Assembly (NCBI GenBank): GCA_029858565.1
Contig: JAOUEV010000019.1
Location: forward strand, 1 to 53,826
Direction: 5' to 3'
Length of the DNA: 53,826 bases
Source of the DNA: Nitrospirota bacterium
GTDB lineage: Bacteria > Nitrospirota > UBA9217
How positions within the stretch are numbered: the stretch's first letter is position 1; each line of letters begins with the position of its first letter. Below are positions 18,568 through 29,633 of the stretch, in pieces. The notes under the pieces were generated by a model, which had not been told where the DNA came from, did not search any database, and saw only the letters and a list, made by a program, of their open reading frames with translations. Both the position numbers and the translations under genes were made by a program.

Positions 18568-21500
18568 CGTTGCTGATACTCCTGTATGGATTTCACCTGA
18601 AGCGGCTTGGCGTTCAATGCTTCGATTCCCCGCACCGCGGCCTTGGCCGCGGACATGGTCGTAAAATACGGGACCCCCTGGGTAAGCGTGGTCCTTCGGA
18701 TCGAATAGGAATCCCTCTGCGATTCAGCGCCGGAGACCGTGTTGATCACCAGATCTACCTGACGGTCCTTGATGCTGTCCACGATGTGCGGCCTGCCCTC
18801 GTAAACCTTATTCACCGTTTCAACGGCCACTCCGCGGCTCCTCAGATAGTCGGCGGTCCCCCGTGTCGCGATGATCGAGAAGCCGGCCTTTACGAGACCG
18901 ACCGCAACTTCATAGGCGGTCGGTTTATCCTTGTCCTTCACGCTTATGAACACTTTTCCTGTCAGCGGCATCGGGTTTCCCGCTGCGATCTGGGACTTGG
19001 CGAATGACATTCCAAAATCCATATCAATTCCCATGACCTCACCCGTGGATTTCATCTCCGGCCCCAGGAGGGTATCCACTCCGGGAAACTTGGCAAAGGG
19101 AAAGACCGCTTCTTTCACCGCAACATGATTGATAACCACTTCCTTTGTGAATCCAAGCTCCTGAAGGGTTTTTCCTGCCATGACGCGGGCGGCAAGCTTT
19201 GCCAGCGGTACGCCGATGGCTTTGCTCACGAAAGGAACTGTCCTTGAGGCCCGCGGGTTCACCTCCAGCACATAGATCTGCCGGTCCTTGACAGCGAACT
19301 GCACGTTCATGAGGCCAATGACGCCCAGCTCCAGGGACAACGCCCGGGTCTGACGTTCGATCTCGTGGATAATGTCCGGGGAAAGCGAGAACGGAGGAAG
19401 CGAACAGGCGGAGTCTCCTGAATGGACGCCGGCTTCCTCGATATGTTCCATGATCCCCGCGACGACAACGGTCTTGCCGTCGGAAATCGCATCCACGTCG
19501 ATCTCGATCGCGTCCTCGAGATAGCGGTCCACAAGCACCGGCCGTTCCGGAGAGGCTTTTACGGCCCGGGTCATGTAGTTCCGCACGCTCTCTTCGTCGT
19601 ACACGATCTCCATGGCGCGGCCGCCGAGAACATAGGACGGCCTCACCATGACAGGATAACCGATGCGATTAGCCGCATCAACTGCCTCATCGCAGGAAAC
19701 GGCCGTGCCGCTGTCCGCCTGCAGCAAACCGAGCTTGTCCAGCAGTTCCTTGAACCTTTTCCGGTCCTCCGCCCGGTCAATGCTGTCCGGTGTCGTCCCG
19801 AGAATTCGCACTCCCGCTTTCTCAAGAGGAACAGCGAGCTTCAGCGGCGTCTGGCCGCCGAACTGGACGATAACGCCCATCGGTTTTTCCTTGTCTATAA
19901 TATGGAGGACGTCTTCGAGAGTCAAGGGTTCGAAATAGAGCCGGTCCGAGGTGTCATAGTCGGTGCTGACCGTCTCTGGATTGCAATTCACCATGATCGT
20001 TTCGTAGTCGTCCTCCTTGAGAGCGAACGATGCGTGAACGCAGCAATAATCGAATTCGATGCCCTGGCCGATGCGGTTCGGTCCGCCGCCCAGAATAACG
20101 ACCTTTCTGCGATCAGTGGGATTCGCCTCGCAGAAAGAAGTAGGATCAGAGGAGTATAGGTCTAGAGGGCTAGAGTTCTTGCCCCTTGAATCCTCTGATC
20201 CTTTAATCCTGTAAAAAGGTTTTTCATAGGTCGAATAGAGATACGGCGTTTTGGCAACGAACTCGGCCGCGCAGGTGTCAACGGTCTTGAACACGGGCAG
20301 GATACCCAGTTCCTGCCGCGCTTTCCGCACAGCATCTTCGGTCGTGGTCAGCAGTTTGGCAAGCCGGCGGTCGGAAAAACCGTACTCCTTGGCAGTCCTG
20401 AGCGCATGGTCGAAGGACCTGCTCCGGTCTTCCAGCAGGGCAGATCCTTTCGCGTTGAGATCTTTTTCCATATCCACGATCTGTTTGATCTGGTGCAGGA
20501 ACCAGGGATCGATCTTGGACAGGTTGAATATCTCTTCAACGCTCATCCCGATCCGAAAGCCGTCGGCTACATACCAGAGCCGCTCCCAGTTCGGCACGCT
20601 GATCTTCTCACGAACATCCTCGGGGTCACCGGCCCGGTCACGCAGACTCTCGAACCCGTAGCGGTCGATCTCGAGCGATCGAAGCGCCTTCTGGAGCGAC
20701 TCCTTGAAGGTCCTGCCGATGGCCATGGCCTCGCCCACGGACTTCATCTGCGTGGTGAGCGTTGCGTCTGCCTGCGGGAACTTCTCAAAGGCAAAGCGCG
20801 GGTATTTGGTCACCACATAATCTATCGTAGGCTCAAAAGATGCGGGTGTCGCCTTGGTAATATCGTTCTGGATCTCGTCGAGCGTGTATCCGACGGCCAG
20901 CTTGGCCGCGAATTTGGCGATCGGGAAGCCGGTTGCCTTTGACGCAAGCGCCGAGCTGCGGGAAACGCGCGGGTTCATCTCGATCACGATCATCCTGCCG
21001 TTCTTCGGATCCACGGCGAACTGTATGTTCGATCCTCCGGTATCGACGCCGATCTCGCGGATGATCTTGAGCGATGCATCCCGCATGATCTGATATTCCT
21101 TGTCCGTGAGCGTCTGGGCCGGGGCCACGGTGATGCTGTCCCCTGTATGGATGCCCATGGGATCGAGATTCTCGATGGAGCAGACGATCACCACATTGTC
21201 ATGGGCGTCGCGCATCACTTCGAGCTCATATTCCTTCCAGCCCACGGCGGACTCTTCGATCAGCACCTGTCGCACCGGGCTCGCATCGAGGCCCCGCATG
21301 ATCAGTTCCGTGAACTCCTCACGGTTATAGGCGATGCCGCCGCCCGTGCCGCCAAGCGTGAACGCGGGCCGGAGGATCGCCGGAAATCCGACATATTCCA
21401 GAATCTCATAGGCGTTCTCCATGGTCGTGGCGAATCCGCTTTTCGGGACCTCCAGGCCGATCTTCTCCATGGCCTTTTTGAACAATTCGCGGTCCTCGGC

Positions 21501-21875
21501 CTTTTTGATCGCCGGAAGCTTGGCGCCTATCAGTTCCACCTGGAACTTCTCAAGCACCCCGGTCTCGGCAAGCGCGACCGCAGTATTGAGCGCCGTCTGG
21601 CCGCCCATGGTGGGGAGCAGTGCATCGGGCCGTTCGCGCTCGATGATCTTCGCGACAACCGCAGGCGTGATCGGCTCGATGTAGGTACGGTGGGCCATCC
21701 CGGGATCGGTCATGATCGTGGCGGGGTTGGAGTTCACCAGTACGATCGTGTAGCCCTCTTCCTTCAGCGCCTTGCAGGCCTGCACGCCGGAGTAGTCGAA
21801 CTCGCAAGCCTGTCCGATCACGATCGGCCCGGCTCCGATGATCAGGATCTTTTTGATGTCTGTTCTTTTCGGCAT
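18564..21875 (-). CDS. carB: Carbamoyl-phosphate synthase large subunit
   Basis: [30 protein letters not shown]; duplicated ATP-grasp halves; MGS domain. Confidence 0.98.
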   Translation of the reverse strand: MPKRTDIKKILIIGAGPIVIGQACEFDYSGVQACKALKEEGYTIVLVNSNPATIMTDPGMAHRTYIEPITPAVVAKIIERERPDALLPTMGGQTALNTAVALAETGVLEKFQVELIGAKLPAIKKAEDRELFKKAMEKIGLEVPKSGFATTMENAYEILEYVGFPAILRPAFTLGGTGGGIAYNREEFTELIMRGLDASPVRQVLIEESAVGWKEYELEVMRDAHDNVVIVCSIENLDPMGIHTGDSITVAPAQTLTDKEYQIMRDASLKIIREIGVDTGGSNIQFAVDPKNGRMIVIEMNPRVSRSSALASKATGFPIAKFAAKLAVGYTLDEIQNDITKATPASFEPTIDYVVTKYPRFAFEKFPQADATLTTQMKSVGEAMAIGRTFKESLQKALRSLEIDRYGFESLRDRAGDPEDVREKISVPNWERLWYVADGFRIGMSVEEIFNLSKIDPWFLHQIKQIVDMEKDLNAKGSALLEDRSRSFDHALRTAKEYGFSDRRLAKLLTTTEDAVRKARQELGILPVFKTVDTCAAEFVAKTPYLYSTYEKPFYRIKGSEDSRGKNSSPLDLYSSDPTSFCEANPTDRRKVVILGGGPNRIGQGIEFDYCCVHASFALKEDDYETIMVNCNPETVSTDYDTSDRLYFEPLTLEDVLHIIDKEKPMGVIVQFGGQTPLKLAVPLEKAGVRILGTTPDSIDRAEDRKRFKELLDKLGLLQADSGTAVSCDEAVDAANRIGYPVMVRPSYVLGGRAMEIVYDEESVRNYMTRAVKASPERPVLVDRYLEDAIEIDVDAISDGKTVVVAGIMEHIEEAGVHSGDSACSLPPFSLSPDIIHEIERQTRALSLELGVIGLMNVQFAVKDRQIYVLEVNPRASRTVPFVSKAIGVPLAKLAARVMAGKTLQELGFTKEVVINHVAVKEAVFPFAKFPGVDTLLGPEMKSTGEVMGIDMDFGMSFAKSQIAAGNPMPLTGKVFISVKDKDKPTAYEVAVGLVKAGFSIIATRGTADYLRSRGVAVETVNKVYEGRPHIVDSIKDRQVDLVINTVSGAESQRDSYSIRRTTLTQGVPYFTTMSAAKAAVRGIEALNAKPLQVKSIQEYQQR
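20142..20202. repeat. 12-bp inverted repeat with 8-nt-period subrepeats inside carB
   Basis: AGGATCAGAGGA (20142-20153) and TCCTCTGATCCT (20191-20202). Confidence 0.7.
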
Positions 21876-21915
21876 GAATACCCTCTTTCGTAAACCTAAA
21901 ATCTAATCCTTTATC

Positions 21916-21996
21916 AACCACGGAGGCGCAGCGGACAGGGAGAAAAGCAACATTTCGGTCAAGGATTCAAAGAATTTCTCTGCGTCTCTATAGTGG
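21916..21996. repeat. Degenerate REP/MITE-like ACCACGGAGGC hairpin
   Basis: AACCACGGAGGCGCAG...CTCTGCGTCTCTATAGTGG resembles the 22909-23050 element. Confidence 0.45.
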
Positions 21997-21998
21997 AT

Positions 21999-22895
21999 CT
22001 ATTCAAACTCCTGCACCCATCCGTTCTTGAGTCCGTACTTCATCTTGATATCATAGGCTTCATCGTATTCCTGCTCATTGATCCGACGATTGATCTCGGC
22101 GAATTCAGCCGTCTTGTACGCAGGGAAATATTGCGACATGAGACTGATGTAGACATCCCGGGATATTTCATCAGCAAGGAATTTCATGATCTTTTCCGTC
22201 CCTGAAAGTCCGCCGGGAAGAACAAGGTGCCTGATGATCAATCCCCGGGTTGCTATCCCCTGTTCATCCATGACCAGGTTCCCCACCTGGCGATACATTT
22301 CCCTGATCGCAGCCTGGTTTGCCTCGACATAATGTGGCGCGACTGAATAGTGCATTGCAGCCTTATTGTCCCCGTACCGCATGTCCGGCAGGTAGATGTC
22401 AATGATCCCGTCCAGCAACCCGAGCGTTTCCAGGGATTCGTATCCGCTGGTGTTATACACAAGCGGCAGATTGAAACCGCGTTCCCGGGCCATCCCCAGC
22501 GCCTGCAGGATCTGAGGCACGAAATGCGTCGGGGTTACCAGGTTCACGTTGTGGCATCCCTGGTCCTGCAGCCAGAGCATCTGACATGCCAGTTCACCAG
22601 AAGAGCGCTCAGCTCCGTTCCCCATCTGGCTGATGGGATAGTTCTGGCAGTAAACACACCGGAGGTTGCAATTCGTGAAAAAGATCGTGCCTGAACCTTT
22701 TGTCCCCGACAGCGGCGGCTCCTCGCCGTGGTGCGGACTGACGCTCGAAATTACCGGATTCAAGCCTGACCTGCAGAAGCCCAGCTTGCTGTCCTGCAGC
22801 CTGTTCACGCCACACTCCCGGGGACAGACGCGGCAGGATTCAAGGAGTTTGTATGCAGCCTCAATGCGCTGCTGTAATTCAACCTGCGAAACCAT
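21999..22895 (-). CDS. Radical SAM protein, PflX-like
   Basis: CRVCPRECGVNR; HHGEEPPLSG..GSGTIFF..CNLRCVYCQN; NLVTPTH; RHLVLP. Confidence 0.9.
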   Translation of the reverse strand: MVSQVELQQRIEAAYKLLESCRVCPRECGVNRLQDSKLGFCRSGLNPVISSVSPHHGEEPPLSGTKGSGTIFFTNCNLRCVYCQNYPISQMGNGAERSSGELACQMLWLQDQGCHNVNLVTPTHFVPQILQALGMARERGFNLPLVYNTSGYESLETLGLLDGIIDIYLPDMRYGDNKAAMHYSVAPHYVEANQAAIREMYRQVGNLVMDEQGIATRGLIIRHLVLPGGLSGTEKIMKFLADEISRDVYISLMSQYFPAYKTAEFAEINRRINEQEYDEAYDIKMKYGLKNGWVQEFE

Positions 22896-22908
22896 AATAC
22901 GGAGACCT

Positions 22909-23050
22909 TTTTACCACAGAGACACGGAGGTACGGAGAAGTACTAATTCCAACCTTTAGTTATGTGCTTTAGCTGATTGAATCTTGATCAGGATCTCATA
23001 ATATACGATATATATCTTCTTGTGCTTTCCTCCGTGCCTCCGTGGTAAAA
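22909..23050. repeat. REP/MITE-like element: 22-bp terminal inverted repeats around an AT-rich core
   Basis: TTTTACCACAGAGACACGGAGG and CCTCCGTGCCTCCGTGGTAAAA, 20/22 complementary. Confidence 0.75.
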
Positions 23051-23052
23051 AG

Positions 23053-24180
23053 CTAGCTTTTGCCCTTGTTCTTTTCCATCATTTCCACGAACCGCTGGAA
23101 CAGGTACCTGCTGTCATGGGGCCCTGGTGATGCCTCGGGATGATACTGGACCGAGAAGGCCGGCAGAGTCTTATGCCGGAATCCTTCGCAGGTATTGTCA
23201 TTCAGGTTCTTATGGGTCATTTCAACCTTGTCCTTCACGGTCTCCATGTCAACAGCGAATCCATGGTTCTCAGCTGCGATCTCAACCTTTCTTGTCGTCA
23301 AATCCATGATCGGCTGGTTCCCGCCATGATGTCCGAACTTCAGTTTATAGGTCCTGCCGCCAAGAGCAAGTCCCAGGAGCTGCTGTCCAAGACAGATACC
23401 GAAGACCGGTTTCTTTCCAAGGATCTTTCTTATATTCTCAATAGCATAGGTCACCGGCTCGGGATCGCCCGGGCCGTTAGAAAGGAACACACCGTCAGGA
23501 TCCATTTTCAGGACCTCTTCTGCAGGCATGGTTGCCGGGACAACAGTAACGTCACATCCCGCCTGGGTCAACAACCTCAGGATGTTACGCTTGATCCCGT
23601 AGTCATAGGCGACAACCTTGTACTGAGAATAGCCTTTCTTCCCATATCCCGATTTCAGTTCCCAATCCGCCTCAGACCAGACGTAGGGCTCCTTGCAGGT
23701 AACGACCTTTGCCAGGTCAAGACCGCTCATTTTCGGCAGCTTCTTTGCTTTGGCAACAAGGCGTTCCCCGTCCAGGTCCGTGGTCGAAATAATGCCCGGC
23801 TGGGCGCCGAAATCCCGAAGATGCCTTGTGAGTGCCCTGGTGTCAATTCCCTGGATGCCGACAATGGCATGCTTTTTCAGATATTCATGAAGCGACTGTT
23901 TCATACGCCAGTTGCTCGGGAAGTCCAGGTACTCCTTGACGATGAACCCTTCCGCATAGGGGCGGGCTGATTCAACATCTTCGTCATTCACCCCGTAGTT
24001 CCCTATCTGCGTATAGGTCATGGTGACGATCTGCCCCTTGTACGAAGGATCGGTCAGGATCTCCTGGTACCCGGTCATACTGGTGTTGAAGACCACCTCT
24101 CCAGCGCACTCTCCTTCGGAACCGAACGAGACGCCTTCGAACACCAGACCGTCAGCCAATGCAAGAATAGCTTTTTTCAT
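23053..24180 (-). CDS. carA: Carbamoyl-phosphate synthase small subunit
   Basis: [38 protein letters not shown]. Confidence 0.97.
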   Translation of the reverse strand: MKKAILALADGLVFEGVSFGSEGECAGEVVFNTSMTGYQEILTDPSYKGQIVTMTYTQIGNYGVNDEDVESARPYAEGFIVKEYLDFPSNWRMKQSLHEYLKKHAIVGIQGIDTRALTRHLRDFGAQPGIISTTDLDGERLVAKAKKLPKMSGLDLAKVVTCKEPYVWSEADWELKSGYGKKGYSQYKVVAYDYGIKRNILRLLTQAGCDVTVVPATMPAEEVLKMDPDGVFLSNGPGDPEPVTYAIENIRKILGKKPVFGICLGQQLLGLALGGRTYKLKFGHHGGNQPIMDLTTRKVEIAAENHGFAVDMETVKDKVEMTHKNLNDNTCEGFRHKTLPAFSVQYHPEASPGPHDSRYLFQRFVEMMEKNKGKS

Positions 24181-24207
24181 TCCACTTCCCTCACTCCACA
24201 TTCCAGA

Positions 24208-25104
24208 TTAGAAACTATCTCTTGTCCTTCCATGCATGTCAACCACTTCACCGCGCACCCGATCGCCATCAACGGTCATCACCACGAAATGGTGGAACCC
24301 GCCGTCCGCATCATCTGCATACAGCGGAGCACCCCCGCCGCCGGTGATCACCTGGACCAAGCCGTCAACGGTCTTCCTGTTATAATAGTGCTCGTGGCCG
24401 GTAAATATCGTCGTGATGCCCTGCTTCTTGAACAGCGCCTGCAGCCGGTCCCGCTCTACAGAATAGCGGTCCAGGCTGTTGCCATAGTGCTTCCCTTTGC
24501 CTTTTTCAGGGTAAAGAGGGTGGTGAACAAAAACGAACTTATGCTTCTGCTTCGTCTTTTCCAGCACATCCTCCAACCACGCGTACTGTTCGCCGGTGAT
24601 ACGCTTATCCTCACCTTTGATATAGGAATCAAGAACGACAAAAAGCGCGTTTCCCGCGATAAAGGAATAATAGAGTTCCTTGCCCGGCAGATCCACCTGG
24701 CTCCTGTAGGTCTCTTCGCTTCCAGGAACATCGATGTGCGCATCATGGTTGCCCACGGTTGTTAAATAAGGCACCGCAACTTTGTTCGACAGTTCCCAGA
24801 ACCGTTTCCAGTGTTCAATATTACCCGGTTTATCTATCTGGTCGCCGGTATTCACGATGAAGTCCGGCTTTCGCTCCAGTGCCGCCGCGATCAGTTTTTG
24901 GTATATAGCGTCACATGCCGGATCGCCTGCCCGGTTATCTCCCAGAACGACAAAGCTGAACTTCGCAGGAAGTTTCTCAAGAACGGCTAGCTTACGCTCA
25001 ATTCCCTGCTCTTGAGCAGCATGAACAGGTGTGACAAAAAATAATGCCAATAGCAGAACAAGTGAGCTATGACCAATCCGCAATCCGCAATCCGCAATCC
25101 GCAA
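24208..25104 (-). CDS. Secreted calcineurin-like metallophosphoesterase
   Basis: GDNR, TGD, GNHD, HHP and GHEH motifs; signal peptide; start uncertain because it lies inside a repeat. Confidence 0.85.
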   Translation of the reverse strand: MRIADCGLRIGHSSLVLLLALFFVTPVHAAQEQGIERKLAVLEKLPAKFSFVVLGDNRAGDPACDAIYQKLIAAALERKPDFIVNTGDQIDKPGNIEHWKRFWELSNKVAVPYLTTVGNHDAHIDVPGSEETYRSQVDLPGKELYYSFIAGNALFVVLDSYIKGEDKRITGEQYAWLEDVLEKTKQKHKFVFVHHPLYPEKGKGKHYGNSLDRYSVERDRLQALFKKQGITTIFTGHEHYYNRKTVDGLVQVITGGGGAPLYADDADGGFHHFVVMTVDGDRVRGEVVDMHGRTRDSF

Positions 25105-25105
25105 T
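25074..25105. repeat. Heptamer tandem repeat (CAATCCG)x4 plus CAAT
   Basis: Read directly from the sequence; abuts the pyrC stop and spans the start of the next gene. Confidence 0.9.
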
Positions 25106-26370
25106 TAGATATTTCCTCCCACGATCGTTCTCACTGCTTTGCCTTTCAGGTCCCATCCGCCAAAGGGGGTATTTCTTGATTTTGACCTGAACTCCGCGGC
25201 ATTGACCGTCCATTCCACCTTGGGGTCGATGATCGTAATGTCCGCGGCTGCGCCGACAGACAGCGCTCCGCCGCCTGAGTTGATTATTTTTGCCGGCGTC
25301 GTGCTCATGCGCGATACAAGATCGACCATTGACAAGACGCCCTCGGAAACAAGCTTGAGCGACAGCCCCAATGCGGTTTCCATTCCAACGATGCCGAAAG
25401 GAGCTGCATCGAACTCGACGGATTTTTCGTCCATTCCATGGGGAGCATGGTCTGTGGCGATAACGTCAAGCGTCCCGTCCCTGAGGCCCTGCTTGATCGC
25501 GGCAACATCCTGAGCGGTGCGGAGCGGCGGATTCATCTTCGCCATGGTATTGTAGCCGCGGACAGCCTCGTCGGTCAGGCTGAAATAATGCGGGCAGGTC
25601 TCGGCGGTCACCATGATCCCCCGCTGTTTCGCTTCACGGACCATTCGCACCGCTCCCGCGGTGCTCACGTGGCAGATATGCACCCGACCTCCGGTCAGTT
25701 CTGCGAGTGCAATATCCCGCGCGACCATTATGTCCTCGGCTGCATGAGGAATGCCCCGGAGACCGAGCTCCGTCGCGGCAAACCCTTCGTTCATCACGCC
25801 CTTTGCCGCGAGATGAGCGTCCTCGCAATGGGAGATCACGGGGATGCCGAAGGTCCGGGAATATTCCATTGCCCGACGCATGATCGCGGCGTTCATCACC
25901 GGCTTTCCATCATCTGAGACGCCGACACAGCCTGCGGCATGAAGTTCGCCGATCTCCGCCAGCTCCTCACCTTTCGAACCCTTGGTGATAGCGCCGATGG
26001 GAAGGACACGGCACCAGGAATCCTTCGCTGCCTGGGACAGGATAAATTCCGTCACTGAGCGACTGTCGTTCACCGGGTTAGTGTTCGGCATGCAGCAGAC
26101 CGCAGTAAATCCGCCTGCCTTAGCAGCTGCGGTGCCCGTGGCGATCGTTTCCTTGTATTCAAACCCCGGCTCGCGCAGATGTACATGCAGATCGATCAAT
26201 CCCGGCACCACCAGCATGTTCAAGGCATCGATGACCTCGGCACCATCGGCGGAGACAGATCCATGCTTGCCGAATTTAGCTACCTTGCCGTCGGACACGA
26301 GCAGGTCAAGCTTCTCGTCGATCTTGTTCGCCGGGTCGATGATATGGCCGTTTTTAATGAGAATATTCAT
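25105..26370 (-). CDS. pyrC: Dihydroorotase
   Basis: [30 protein letters not shown]. Confidence 0.96.
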   Translation of the reverse strand: MNILIKNGHIIDPANKIDEKLDLLVSDGKVAKFGKHGSVSADGAEVIDALNMLVVPGLIDLHVHLREPGFEYKETIATGTAAAKAGGFTAVCCMPNTNPVNDSRSVTEFILSQAAKDSWCRVLPIGAITKGSKGEELAEIGELHAAGCVGVSDDGKPVMNAAIMRRAMEYSRTFGIPVISHCEDAHLAAKGVMNEGFAATELGLRGIPHAAEDIMVARDIALAELTGGRVHICHVSTAGAVRMVREAKQRGIMVTAETCPHYFSLTDEAVRGYNTMAKMNPPLRTAQDVAAIKQGLRDGTLDVIATDHAPHGMDEKSVEFDAAPFGIVGMETALGLSLKLVSEGVLSMVDLVSRMSTTPAKIINSGGGALSVGAAADITIIDPKVEWTVNAAEFRSKSRNTPFGGWDLKGKAVRTIVGGNI

Positions 26371-26485
26371 AATCGAACCTTTTCACCAAAGAGGACACAG
26401 AGGAAAATCCAGTATCCCCTTTCATGGATATGACCTTTCTTGCTTACCGCTTACAACTTTAGAACTTATCGCTCGTTTCTTACCC

Positions 26486-27448
26486 TCACCCTTCACGTTT
26501 GGCAGGTTCCGTTTCTGCTTTTCCGCCGCCCGACAACAGAAACATGATCGCCATCCTGACAGCTACTCCGTTCGTCACCTGCTCAAGAATGACCGAAGAG
26601 TGGTCGGCCACATCAGAGGATATTTCCACACCCCGGTTCATGGGACCGGGATGCATCACAATCGCGCTTTTTCCGGCCCGCTCCAGCCGGGAGCGGTTCA
26701 GGCCGTACAAACGGGCGTACTCGCGAACACCCGGGAAAAGTCCTGCAGCCTGACGCTCCAGCTGCAGCCTGAGCATCATTACGACATCTGCGCCCTCGAC
26801 CGCCTTATCCATGTCCAGATAGACCTGTGCGCCGGTCCTTTCTATTTCCCGCGGTATCATGGTTGCCGGACCGCACAGCCGTACCCTGGCGCCCATGGAC
26901 AGCAAACCGTAGATGTTCGAACGAGCCACCCTGCTGTGCAGGATATCACCCACGATGGCAACGGTGATCCCTTCAAGCCTTCCGAGCTTTTCCCGGATAG
27001 TGAACATGTCGAGGAGCGCTTGGGTCGGATGCTCGTGGAAACCGTCTCCCGCGTTGATCACCGAGCTGGTGAGCCGCTCGGCCAGGAACGCCGGCGCTCC
27101 GGAGCAGGAATGGCGGACGATGATAATATCCGTCTTCATTGCTTCGATGTTCCGCGCCGTGTCGAGCAGCGTCTCACCCTTGCTCGCGCTCGATGTGGAC
27201 GTGGATATGTTGATCGTGTCGGCCGATAACCGTTTGCCTGCCAGCTCAAAGGATGTGCGGGTCCGGGTGCTTGCCTCGTAGAAGAGGTTGATGACCGTCT
27301 TGCCGCGCAGCGCGGGAACCTTTTTGATATCCCGCTCCGATACATCCTTGAACGTAGCGGCCGTGTCCAGAATGAGATTTATCTCACCTACGGACATCCC
27401 TTTGATCCCGAGCAGGTCTTTTGAAGTAAGGGCCATTGTCGCCTTCAT
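26486..27448 (-). CDS. pyrB: Aspartate carbamoyltransferase catalytic subunit
   Basis: [35 protein letters not shown]. Confidence 0.97.
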   Translation of the reverse strand: MKATMALTSKDLLGIKGMSVGEINLILDTAATFKDVSERDIKKVPALRGKTVINLFYEASTRTRTSFELAGKRLSADTINISTSTSSASKGETLLDTARNIEAMKTDIIIVRHSCSGAPAFLAERLTSSVINAGDGFHEHPTQALLDMFTIREKLGRLEGITVAIVGDILHSRVARSNIYGLLSMGARVRLCGPATMIPREIERTGAQVYLDMDKAVEGADVVMMLRLQLERQAAGLFPGVREYARLYGLNRSRLERAGKSAIVMHPGPMNRGVEISSDVADHSSVILEQVTNGVAVRMAIMFLLSGGGKAETEPAKREG

Positions 27449-27990
27449 TCCCCCAGAATCACCACTTTCTCATCCCCGCCCTCTTCCGCCAGCATGACCT
27501 CGACCTTCTCCTTGGACGAGGTCGGAAGGTTCTTGCCCACGAAATCGGCGCGGATCGGCAATTCCCGGTGACCCCGATCGACCAATACGGCGAGTTGGAT
27601 TCGCATGGGCCTTCCGTAGTCCATGATACTGTTCAGGGCGGCACGTATGGTACGACCGGTATAGATCACGTCATCGACAAGCACGATGGCCTTTTCCTTG
27701 ATATCAAAGGCAATGTCAGTGGTTTGGGGGATCGGCTGGGATTTTCTCGTGGCAAGATCGTCACGATACATGGTGATATCCAGGCTTCCCACCGGGACCT
27801 CAATGCCCTCGATCCCCTTGATCTTGCCTGCGAGACGATGGGCCAGATACACACCACCCCGCTGTATCCCTATCAAACCGAGAGCCTTGGCTCCCTTGTT
27901 CTTCTCAACGATCTCATGAGCGATCCTGGTAAGGGCCCGGTCAATGCCCGGCTGATCGAGAATAAGCGCCTTTTCCTTGAGTTTTTCCAA
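27445..27990 (-). CDS. pyrR: Pyrimidine attenuation regulator / uracil phosphoribosyltransferase
   Basis: [49 protein letters not shown]; TTG start chosen for its AGGGG RBS. Confidence 0.95.
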   Translation of the reverse strand: MEKLKEKALILDQPGIDRALTRIAHEIVEKNKGAKALGLIGIQRGGVYLAHRLAGKIKGIEGIEVPVGSLDITMYRDDLATRKSQPIPQTTDIAFDIKEKAIVLVDDVIYTGRTIRAALNSIMDYGRPMRIQLAVLVDRGHRELPIRADFVGKNLPTSSKEKVEVMLAEEGGDEKVVILGE

Positions 27991-28011
27991 GCTAACCCCT
28001 TGTTTAGGCAC

Positions 28012-28047
28012 AAAAAAACCTTCTCTCCCGAAAATCGGGAAGAAGGT
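28012..28047 (-). terminator. Attenuator terminator of the pyr leader
   Basis: ACCTTCTTCCCGATTTTCGGGAGAGAAGG followed by T7 on the minus strand. Confidence 0.85.
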
Positions 28048-28099
28048 CTTTGCGCGTGCGTGACTTAGTTATGACGGTGCTGTGCCCGCTCATTCGTTA

Positions 28100-28135
28100 C
28101 CCTTCCTGGCCTCACAGGACCAGACTTAAAGAGGT
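28100..28135 (-). promoter_or_regulatory. PyrR-binding RNA element
   Basis: CTCTTTAAGTCTGGTCCTGTGAGGCCAGGAAGG matches the UUUAA...RUCCNGNGAGGY PyrR pattern; lies upstream of the terminator and pyrR. Confidence 0.85.
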
Positions 28136-28151
28136 GATCAATTGCGGCTTA

Positions 28152-28181
28152 ACAATACATCAGCCTGTCCCATCCTGTCAA
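28152..28181 (-). promoter_or_regulatory. Sigma70-like promoter of the pyr operon
   Basis: TTGACA-N18-TATTGT just upstream of the PyrR element. Confidence 0.6.
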
Positions 28182-28201
28182 GTGGTTTTTGCCTCTCCTG
28201 G

Positions 28202-29188
28202 TCATTCATTGCTCCCTTTCTTATAATAATCGGGATACAACCTCTGAGCGCAGTCAGGGCATATCCCATGGGTGAATTGCGCCCCGGAATGATCGGAAAT
28301 ATACATTTCAAGATTGCTCCACGCCCCTTGTTCGTTCTTGATCCGCTTGCAGGAAGAACAGATCGGCAGCAGGCCGCTCAGCATCCGCACCTCGCGCAAT
28401 GCCGACTGCAGCTCTTTAATAAGCTGTTCACGCTCTTCCACGGCGCGTTTCCGGTCCGAGATATCTATACAATACTCTATAACCTGCACGACCCTTCCTT
28501 TGTCATCAAAGATCGGGAATCCGTGCACTTCCACGTCCGAGATCACGCCGTTCCCATCATGATGGCGGTGCTCCATGGTGACCGGCAATCCTGTATCTAT
28601 GACCTTGGTGAACGGGCACGGGTGGTCATCTCCCCGGCAAGGGTCAGACCGTTTATGGGACAGGGAGAAACATGTTGTTCCCGCCGGCAGATCGCCTCTG
28701 TATGCAGCATAGTTCGCCAACTTGACCTGATAGGTCGCAGCATCTATGACATAAAAGGGATGGGGCAGGGCATCGATCACCGATGACAGGAATTGATTCT
28801 GATGCTTGATCTTTTCTTCCGCTTCCTTCAAGTCGGAGATATCCTTGATCACGATCACGGCGCCGACGCATATCTGCTCCTCGTACAGAGGAGAGATGGA
28901 TATCTGTGTCTGACGGAGTTCGCCGCTCCTGTTGCGCGTTTCCGCCTCCCGATGCAGGATCGGCACTCCCTGTATCATCGCTCGTTTGGGAGGACATTTA
29001 TCAAGGCAATAATCCGATCTCTCGCAGAAGACATCGTGGCAATATTTCCCCAGGGCATCGCCGCTGTTGAACCCGGTAAGCGACTCAGCAGCCGGATTTG
29101 CGTATTTGATCTTCATATCCCGATCGATCACATAAACTGTTTCGCTCATGCTGTTCAGGATCGCCTGATGAATCGTCTCGAGCTTCAT
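28202..29188 (-). CDS. Tandem PAS-domain protein with C-terminal Cys-motif domain
   Basis: Two PAS/PAC domains, a coiled coil, then LLPICSSCKRIK...FTHGICPDC. Confidence 0.85.
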   Translation of the reverse strand: MKLETIHQAILNSMSETVYVIDRDMKIKYANPAAESLTGFNSGDALGKYCHDVFCERSDYCLDKCPPKRAMIQGVPILHREAETRNRSGELRQTQISISPLYEEQICVGAVIVIKDISDLKEAEEKIKHQNQFLSSVIDALPHPFYVIDAATYQVKLANYAAYRGDLPAGTTCFSLSHKRSDPCRGDDHPCPFTKVIDTGLPVTMEHRHHDGNGVISDVEVHGFPIFDDKGRVVQVIEYCIDISDRKRAVEEREQLIKELQSALREVRMLSGLLPICSSCKRIKNEQGAWSNLEMYISDHSGAQFTHGICPDCAQRLYPDYYKKGSNE

Positions 29189-29256
29189 GCCATCTCCTCT
29201 TCGATTTCCAGCTAAATCCCATATCCGGCCGAATCATCGACCCGGCTTGGAGGAAA

Positions 29257-29287
29257 GAAAAAGGCTGAAGGTAAGCCTTCAGCCTTG
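29257..29287 (-). terminator. Rho-independent terminator after tatA
   Basis: AAGGCTGAAGG-cttA-CCTTCAGCCTT stem followed by a T-rich tail on the minus strand. Confidence 0.75.
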
Positions 29288-29313
29288 TGGCCATCACGGA
29301 GGTAAAAGAACCT

Positions 29314-29493
29314 TTAAGCAGATACTTTCTTTGCTTCCTTCGTCCCTTCGTGTTCGTCCCGCAAGCCCTTTTTGAATCCTCCGATCGCCTTCCCGAGCCC
29401 TTCTCCCAGGGCAGGAAGTTTGCTCGGGCCGAAAAGGATCAGGACGATCACCAGAATTACCACCATCTCCGCCATACCCAAACCACCCATCAT
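29314..29493 (-). CDS. tatA: Twin-arginine translocase TatA/E subunit
   Basis: LG..E...[25 protein letters not shown]; GAGGTG RBS. Confidence 0.93.
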   Translation of the reverse strand: MMGGLGMAEMVVILVIVLILFGPSKLPALGEGLGKAIGGFKKGLRDEHEGTKEAKKVSA

Positions 29494-29633
29494 ATCACCT
29501 CGCATATTACATATTCAGGTCGTTGCGACAAAGTCATCGTCCTGCTGGCACTATGTACACCTATCAGGGAGCCGCTGTCAACACCTGGGGCCGTGCTTTA
29601 CGACTTATTTACAACGATGGGGGATTCCCTCAT

